Assembly (NCBI GenBank): GCA_043745805.1
Contig: JAYTSD010000020.1
Location: 32,001-96,000 of the forward strand
Length of the DNA: 64,000 nucleotides
Reading direction: 5' to 3'
DNA from: Fibrobacteria bacterium
GTDB taxonomy: Bacteria > Fibrobacterota > Fibrobacteria > UBA11236
Position numbers and translations under genes: made by a program. A model generated the notes under the pieces. It was not told the DNA's origin. It worked only from the letters and a program-made list of their open reading frames with translations, and ran no database searches. Of the stretch, positions 57,448 through 64,000 are shown in pieces (the first letter of the stretch is position 1; the number at the start of each line of letters is the position of its first letter).

Positions 57448-60400
57448 ATGAAAATGAAATCATTGAAAAAAATATTGTTCTTTATACCGGCTTTGTTAAT
57501 GCTTTGCTTCTGGGCTTGCACCAGCACGGATTTGCAAGGTGATCAATATTTAAAATTTAATTTAAGTGAATCCCTAAAGAATTATAATAAGGTGCAAATT
57601 CGTTTAGTGAGTGCAAACGATTCCAATGTGGTATATGATACGGTGTGGAATGATACTTTAAAAGATCCCGTAAACTTTCCGCGTTATAAATTAAAAGCAG
57701 CGAAGAACAAAGATTTCTTAATTCAAATTCGTGGCTATAATAAAGATAAACTAAGCTGGGCTAAAGACATTAAAATAATTGGCAGCGCGCCACAAGCGCC
57801 GGTAACGGTTCAATCGGATGTGCGACTTTATCATTTGGATTTGTCAAAAGGCATATTAGAACCCGCTTTAGATCCCGAAGTTTATGCGTATACCGTTAAT
57901 TTGCCGAATGATATTAATAGTTTATCCTTTACGCTTTCGGCCTTAGACACAGCTAACATTTTATTATTTGGACAATTACAAGTGGGTTGGGATAAAGTAC
58001 TAACTCAACCTTTGGTTACGGGTAATAATATATTTGTATTTACGGTACAAAATAAAGATGGAAAAGTTTCTAAGTCCTATACTGTAACGGTTAATCGTGG
58101 AGGCACCGTACCGCTCACTGATACCACTAATGTCACTAGTTTAATTATTAATCCTAAAACTGTAACTCTTTACAAAGGCGATTCGGCTGCCTCTCTAGGC
58201 GCTACTGTTTTGCCGATTGGAACAACTTTACAATGGATAAGTTTAAATGATGCTATTGCTAAAGTCGATGTAGCGGGTAAGGTAACGGGTTTGGTGGCTG
58301 GTAAAACGCAAATTGTGGTAAAGACAGGTAAAAAGGCTGATACTTGTGAAGTAACGGTTATTGTGGATATGCCAACTGTTTCCGTAGGCAATAATATTGC
58401 CGTAAAGCAGAATACTGAAGTTTCATTCCCAATTTCCATTACCCAAAGCCATGGAACTATTGCGGCTTTCAAATATGATTTGGAAGGCGATGGTACTTGG
58501 GATAATAGTGATTCTTTGTCTGGCACTATTCCAGCTTCCTTAGCGCATACTTACTCCACTCTAAAAATCTATACTGCAAATTTTTATGTGCGCGATAGCG
58601 AAGGTAACTTTGTAAATACAACGCGCACCATTACCGTGAGTGACGCGTCATTTTTAATCGCAATAGTATCGCCGAGTAAAGATACCTTAGTGAATAAATC
58701 ACCCATTACTCTTTTGTACACGGTCAATGGAACCACTTTAAGCAAACAATTTGATTTGAAGGAAGGGGGAAATATTCTCCTTGTTTCGGCGGGTACAGGC
58801 GTGGATTCAGCCGCAGCAACTCTTAAAGTAACTTTAGATACACGGGCTCCAGTAGTAAAAATCACTTCGCCTAAGGACAGTACTTATCTCAATTTAAATA
58901 CCGCAGACATTACTTGGACAGTAGATGGAGTGGCTCAAACTGTTCAGCTGAAAGCTGATTTAGGAACTACCGATGGATTAAAGAATATTACACGCGAATT
59001 TACCGATGCCGCAGGTAATGTGGGTAGTAATACTATTCGCATTTATCGAAAAACTACTCTTCCGATGGTTGCCATAACCGCACCTGCTGATGGTTTTACC
59101 ACCAATCAAACAAGCATTAACGTGGCTTGGACTGTAGATGGAGTCATTCAAAGCGCTCAAACAACTGAACCTCTAGTGGAGGGCTTAAATACCATTATTC
59201 GGAAATTTGTAGATGCGGCAGGTAATGAAGGGGCTAAATCCATTAAAGTGACTCGTATTACAACTGGCCCTGTCGTAAAAATTAATTCACCTTCCGATGG
59301 TTTGGTGACTAATCAGACTAGTATTATTGTTGATTGGTCGGTGGATGGCATTAAGCAAAAGGGGGATACCTCGGCGACATTAACTGATGGCATAAATATC
59401 ATTAAACGAAGTGCTACTGACAAAGCCGGTAATAAATCAGTTGATTCTGTTGCGGTTACCCTTAATACTAAAGTACCCAATGTGCAAATCACCTCGCCTA
59501 TTCCTGGAGCGATTACTAATCAAACTAGTATTAATGTAAACTGGACAGTAAATGGTGTGGCTCAACCAGCTTCTTCCGAACCTCTCACCATAGAAGGCGG
59601 CAACACAATCATTCGTAAATTTAAAGATGTAGCAGGTAATGAAGGTATTGCCTCTATTCAAATCACACGAGATACTAAGGCACCAGTAGTGGCTATTTTA
59701 AGTCCGTTAACCAATTCATTAACCAACGCCTCAAAGATTAAAGTGGTATGGACGGTGGATGGTGAGGTACAAGCACAAAATGATAGCGAAAGCATAACTA
59801 CGGATGGACCTATTACTATTAAGCGTCAGTTTACGGATGCCGCAACCAATCAAGGAACGTATTCGGTTACCATCAATCGCGATGCGACAAAACCGAATGC
59901 ACCGATACTTTCAACGGCTATTGCTTTAACGAATGGCGATGCGGTGTGGACTTGGACCGATGGCGGTGGTGATGCCGGTTCTGGACTTAAACCAAATACT
60001 TTTCAATACCAATTAAATGCAGGAACAGTTACCTCTATCAACACAAACTCGCTTATTATACTTAAGAATAATTTGTCCGATAGCACTTATACCCTTGTGG
60101 TGCAGCAACAAGACTTAGCGGGCAATTGGTCAGCTAATTCAAATCCCGTGATTATTACCTCAGATAAAACCCCTCCCAGTCAAACCATAATTGCCGGCAC
60201 TAGGCCTACCAATACTTTTCCCAAATGGACTTGGAGCTCCAATGGTGGTATAAGTGAGTTTCAGTATAAATTGAATAGTTCGGATTTTAGTACCGGCGCT
60301 ACACCTTTAAAAAACATATTTGAGTATGTTCTCCCAGAATTACCGGCTTCAGGGGTAACGAATACACTTTGGGTGCAAGAAAAAGATGCAGCTGGAAATT

Positions 60401-62019
60401 GGTCAAATCCAAATAGCTACGCGATTAAATATGATGTGTCACAACCGACGGTAACCATCGCTTCGCCTAAAAGCGCCGGTACATATATTGATACTTTGCC
60501 AAGTATTATTTTATCGGGATCGGTTAGCGGGCAAAATGCCATTAGCAAAGTTGCCTATTCGATGGGCTCCACACCGATAACCGCAAACTTAGTGGGATCG
60601 AATTGGAGTACTGGTAGCATAGCACTTACAAATGGCGTGCCCGTTACAGTTACAGTAATTGCGACGGATGCGGCAAACAATACGGGTGCCAGTGTATTGA
60701 CTTTATTACGTGATACGTCTAAACCGAATGCCCCAACTTTAACGGCGTTAAAAACCCCCACCAATGGAACAGCTACCTGGAATTGGACTTCTAATGGAGA
60801 TGTTTCAGGTGGTGGTGGATTAAGATCTCCAGCAGTCTATAGATGTTTTCTGGATGGTTCAACAACTCCGCAAACCCCTACAGGTACAAGCTTCACACAA
60901 GCCTCAGGTACGCATACACTTTCTGTGCAAGAACAAGATTTCGCGGGTAATTGGTCGGCAAACTCTGCTTCGGTGCAGATTGTAGTGGATAATACGGCTC
61001 CCCAATTAGCTATCACTGGTCCAGCTGCCGAAGGGCGAGTTACCGCTATTAACCCAACAGTTACGGGTACAGTCTCTGACGCCAACGGAATAAAAAGCCT
61101 TTCATATACCATAGCAGAAGGAAATAAATCAGGAACAATTACTGTGGGTTCAACGTGGACGATTCCAAACACAACGAATTATGGTGAAGGGACAAATACC
61201 TTGACGATTACTGCTATTGACAATGCTAATAATTCAATTTCGCAGCAAATTGTTATTACGAAAAGAAAAGATGTGGTATTTGTTCGTGCAGGAAAAAGTG
61301 GCGATGGGACTTCATGGCAAAATGCTTATGGCAATATCGATATTGCAATGTCTAGTTCAAGGGCTACAGTTTCAGGTGCTCAGGTTTGGGTTTCTGCGGG
61401 AACTTATATTGCTGCACAAACAGTTGTTTTACCAATAAACGGGGCTTTGTTGGGTGGTTTTCCAGCAGGAAATAATGCGACGGATACTGCTGGAAGAGAT
61501 GTAAGTGCTAACAAGACCGTTTTAACTGGAGCAGGGTTACTCACTCCGACGACGGGAAATCTTTCATTTGTCGATGGATTCTTTGTACAAAGTAGTGCTT
61601 TTACCTACAAATACGATACACAAACTGGTAGCTCAAAACTATTGCGTTTTAGTCGCTGTATCTTTGATGCCTTTCGGATGCAGTATCAACCTGTTGGAAT
61701 TATTGGAGCAGATCTAGAATTTATTTCTTGTCAGTTTACAAACTGCTCTAATCCGCTCTACCTTCAAACAACGGGACATATATACATATTAAACTGTATT
61801 TTCACTTTAAATGATAAATCAAGCACTCTGATAACAATTAATTCGAGCACTGAAGTTTTGGTTAAGAATTCACAACTGTTGGACAATATGGGTCAAAACT
61901 TTCAAATGGAGATTTATAATACTCCGACAGCCACAATTGATGGAACTCAGATAGTAGGTGGAAAAAATGCATTAATTGTTGGTGCCGACATATTTATATA
62001 TACGAATTCAACTCCATAA
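57448..62019 (+). CDS. Giant surface lipoprotein B, paralog of A, with a C-terminal beta-helix-like domain
   Basis: MKMKSLKK...FWA-C; colinear with A; tail FVRAG...DGTSWQNAY...VWVSAGTY...LLGGF followed by C.F repeats typical of pectin-lyase-like beta-helices. Confidence 0.85.
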   Translation: MKMKSLKKILFFIPALLMLCFWACTSTDLQGDQYLKFNLSESLKNYNKVQIRLVSANDSNVVYDTVWNDTLKDPVNFPRYKLKAAKNKDFLIQIRGYNKDKLSWAKDIKIIGSAPQAPVTVQSDVRLYHLDLSKGILEPALDPEVYAYTVNLPNDINSLSFTLSALDTANILLFGQLQVGWDKVLTQPLVTGNNIFVFTVQNKDGKVSKSYTVTVNRGGTVPLTDTTNVTSLIINPKTVTLYKGDSAASLGATVLPIGTTLQWISLNDAIAKVDVAGKVTGLVAGKTQIVVKTGKKADTCEVTVIVDMPTVSVGNNIAVKQNTEVSFPISITQSHGTIAAFKYDLEGDGTWDNSDSLSGTIPASLAHTYSTLKIYTANFYVRDSEGNFVNTTRTITVSDASFLIAIVSPSKDTLVNKSPITLLYTVNGTTLSKQFDLKEGGNILLVSAGTGVDSAAATLKVTLDTRAPVVKITSPKDSTYLNLNTADITWTVDGVAQTVQLKADLGTTDGLKNITREFTDAAGNVGSNTIRIYRKTTLPMVAITAPADGFTTNQTSINVAWTVDGVIQSAQTTEPLVEGLNTIIRKFVDAAGNEGAKSIKVTRITTGPVVKINSPSDGLVTNQTSIIVDWSVDGIKQKGDTSATLTDGINIIKRSATDKAGNKSVDSVAVTLNTKVPNVQITSPIPGAITNQTSINVNWTVNGVAQPASSEPLTIEGGNTIIRKFKDVAGNEGIASIQITRDTKAPVVAILSPLTNSLTNASKIKVVWTVDGEVQAQNDSESITTDGPITIKRQFTDAATNQGTYSVTINRDATKPNAPILSTAIALTNGDAVWTWTDGGGDAGSGLKPNTFQYQLNAGTVTSINTNSLIILKNNLSDSTYTLVVQQQDLAGNWSANSNPVIITSDKTPPSQTIIAGTRPTNTFPKWTWSSNGGISEFQYKLNSSDFSTGATPLKNIFEYVLPELPASGVTNTLWVQEKDAAGNWSNPNSYAIKYDVSQPTVTIASPKSAGTYIDTLPSIILSGSVSGQNAISKVAYSMGSTPITANLVGSNWSTGSIALTNGVPVTVTVIATDAANNTGASVLTLLRDTSKPNAPTLTALKTPTNGTATWNWTSNGDVSGGGGLRSPAVYRCFLDGSTTPQTPTGTSFTQASGTHTLSVQEQDFAGNWSANSASVQIVVDNTAPQLAITGPAAEGRVTAINPTVTGTVSDANGIKSLSYTIAEGNKSGTITVGSTWTIPNTTNYGEGTNTLTITAIDNANNSISQQIVITKRKDVVFVRAGKSGDGTSWQNAYGNIDIAMSSSRATVSGAQVWVSAGTYIAAQTVVLPINGALLGGFPAGNNATDTAGRDVSANKTVLTGAGLLTPTTGNLSFVDGFFVQSSAFTYKYDTQTGSSKLLRFSRCIFDAFRMQYQPVGIIGADLEFISCQFTNCSNPLYLQTTGHIYILNCIFTLNDKSSTLITINSSTEVLVKNSQLLDNMGQNFQMEIYNTPTATIDGTQIVGGKNALIVGADIFIYTNSTP

Positions 62020-62225
62020 ACCAGATTGTATGGAAAAATACCAAAAACTATTGGTTTGGATTACTTAATTTGAAACTACGGAATGGCTAAGGTTGATGAA
62101 ATTCAACTTTGTCCACGACTGCCCACAATAATCTAGAGGGTTCAAAAATTTAGCCAACGAAGTTTGGCTTTTTTCTCTATATTTATCAAAAATTGCTTGG
62201 AAGTAATTTATTAAGAGGGAGTATT

Positions 62226-63971
62226 ATGCAAGCTACGAACAAAATACTTTTTGCCGCATTGGGATTGGCAATCAGTTCGACTTTTGGACAAACTTTTAAC
62301 TACGATAAATGCGCTGGTGGCACTGGTGCGGCTCTAGCAGCAACCGATTTCAGTAAAGAAACTCTTTTCAGCTATGTTGATGGTGGCGCAAATATGAATG
62401 AGCCCACAAAAATGGCAATAACCAATGATGGGAAAATATTTTTTACCGATCGTATTTCCTCTGATTTTGGACAAACTACCATATTAGCCGCTACAGCTAA
62501 AATACGTCTCTTAGACCCTAAAACGAAAACAGCTACTGTTGTCGGAACATTACCTGTCACCACTAAAATGTACGAAATGGGTATTTCTGGGATTGCCCTT
62601 GATCCTGCTTTTGATACGAACCATTTCTTATACGTTTTTTATACACCTGCATTAGCTGCAAATGTAGATGTAGCGAACAAAGTGTTTCGTGTTTCACGTT
62701 TTACTTTTACAAACAATGCATTGGATATGACCTCCGAAGTGAAGGTGCTTGAAATACCTTCTCAAACTGATGTTTGCTGCCACACCGGTGGATCTATGCA
62801 ATTTGATGGCGCGGGTAACTTGTGGATAACTGTGGGTAATAACACAGAAAACAATGGTTATTATGTTATTGAAAATAGCCCAAAAGCTACCGGTAGCAGA
62901 GACACCCTATCGGTTGGAGATGACCAAGGTCATGCAGCGAATACCAATGATTTACGCGGAAAAATTTTACGTATTCATCCTACACCCGATGGAAAATACA
63001 CCATTCCAACTGGAAATTTATTTCCAGTTGGAACTGCAAAAACCAGACCGGAAATTTATACCATGGGCCACAGAAATGCTTATTCATTATATGTAGACAA
63101 GTACCCTGCTTGGCCTATATTTGCATGGGGCGATGTAGGCCCGGATGAAGGATGGGCTACCGAAGAATTAAATTTAAAAACCGGCCCAGGTAATATGGGT
63201 TGGCCATATTTTGCAGGACAAGTAGGGAATCCAAACTATAATATGGTGTCTAGTAAGATTACAAAAAATCCCAAGGCAGGATTAGTTGCTGCCGACTATT
63301 TAAAAGATCCTGCACATCCTAAAAATAATTCCAAAAACAATACAGGTTTAGTTGACCTGCCTCCTGCTCAAGATGCCACCTTTGGGTACATTGAAAGTGC
63401 TGCAATCACAGGTCCAGTGTATCACTATAATGGCTCGCTTAATTCAACAGTAAAATTCCCTCCTCATTTTAATAAAATGTGGTTTCAAACAGATTGGAAT
63501 TTCGGTTGGCTAAAGGTTTCATCTGTAGATAGCACTGGAAAAGTTGGAGCACAAACATCACTTTGGACTGCCTTGACAACGTCTCATCCAATTGATATGG
63601 AATTCGGCCCTGACGGGGCACTATATGTGGTCGAATATGGCGGCCAGTACTTCAAATCACTTGCTGCAACTACAAAAATATCTCGAATTATTTATAAGGG
63701 AACTTGTACTGACCCAAATTTATCGCTTCCAAGTAGTGTTGTGGGCGTCCTCAATCATCAGTATAAGTTGCCTTCATTCGGCAAAAACAGCCTCCTCTCC
63801 AACCTAAGCGCAGGTGCAAGCATTGACTTGCCTTCCGAAGCCAAAGGCTTTTCCTTATACAATATGCAAGGCCAAAAAGTTTGGGAATATGCTCGTCAAG
63901 ATGCCGCACAAAAAAAAGTGTTAGTTCCCGAAACTGTACAAAAAGGTATTCTCCAAGTTATACCTTTCTAA
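62226..63971 (+). CDS. PQQ-dependent glucose/sorbosone dehydrogenase-family propeller with a short C-terminal sorting domain
   Basis: GAGGGAG RBS before the ATG at 62226; CCHTGG, DLRGKILRIHP, PEIYTMGHRN, FGPDGALYVVEYG; tail FSLYNMQGQKVW...KGILQV. Confidence 0.88.
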   Translation: MQATNKILFAALGLAISSTFGQTFNYDKCAGGTGAALAATDFSKETLFSYVDGGANMNEPTKMAITNDGKIFFTDRISSDFGQTTILAATAKIRLLDPKTKTATVVGTLPVTTKMYEMGISGIALDPAFDTNHFLYVFYTPALAANVDVANKVFRVSRFTFTNNALDMTSEVKVLEIPSQTDVCCHTGGSMQFDGAGNLWITVGNNTENNGYYVIENSPKATGSRDTLSVGDDQGHAANTNDLRGKILRIHPTPDGKYTIPTGNLFPVGTAKTRPEIYTMGHRNAYSLYVDKYPAWPIFAWGDVGPDEGWATEELNLKTGPGNMGWPYFAGQVGNPNYNMVSSKITKNPKAGLVAADYLKDPAHPKNNSKNNTGLVDLPPAQDATFGYIESAAITGPVYHYNGSLNSTVKFPPHFNKMWFQTDWNFGWLKVSSVDSTGKVGAQTSLWTALTTSHPIDMEFGPDGALYVVEYGGQYFKSLAATTKISRIIYKGTCTDPNLSLPSSVVGVLNHQYKLPSFGKNSLLSNLSAGASIDLPSEAKGFSLYNMQGQKVWEYARQDAAQKKVLVPETVQKGILQVIPF

Positions 63972-64000
63972 AAATCCATTTCCCTCTAAACTCAAACCCC

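Noticed and set aside
52500-61172. Numerous minus-strand ORFs within the giant lipoprotein genes
   Set aside because: Expected antisense shadows of Thr/Val/Ser-rich repetitive coding sequence.
1-64000. rRNA, tRNA, prophage or defence-system genes
   Set aside because: None recognised. Intergenic gaps are short and I saw no cloverleaf or phage hallmark, though a covariance-model scan would be needed to exclude small RNAs.

Overview
AT-rich bacterial chromosomal window. I found no rRNA, tRNA, CRISPR array or intact transposase. Gene content (type IX secretion (T9SS) components and cargo C-terminal domains, IleRS type 2, large Ig-repeat lipoproteins) points to the FCB group, most likely Fibrobacterota; this is inference. 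From left to right: a partial plsC-like acyltransferase; an LRR T9SS-type cargo; a sigma54 module (promoter and upstream repeats, a secreted all-helical protein, a TPR/beta-barrel protein, a histidine kinase and an NtrC-family regulator); pdxA; three paralogous secreted proteins built from seven copies of a 4-Cys domain; ettA; a small HTH protein behind a structured leader; PNP-ileS-dksA-like; PilZ; cobQ; an unusual PorV-barrel/TPR/phosphoesterase-like/propeller fusion; DUF2225; lpxK; a PorZ-like gene; a ~21 kb surface-glycan cluster; two tandem giant Ig-repeat lipoproteins with CRP-like boxes upstream; and a sugar dehydrogenase cargo. Best candidates for novelty: the Cys-domain array carrying protease-inhibitor-like loops, the PorV fusion with the PorZ/glycan neighbourhood, the sigma54 envelope module, and a perfect palindromic repeat translated in frame inside a YfhO-like gene. 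All family calls come from motif recognition by eye, not from database searches.
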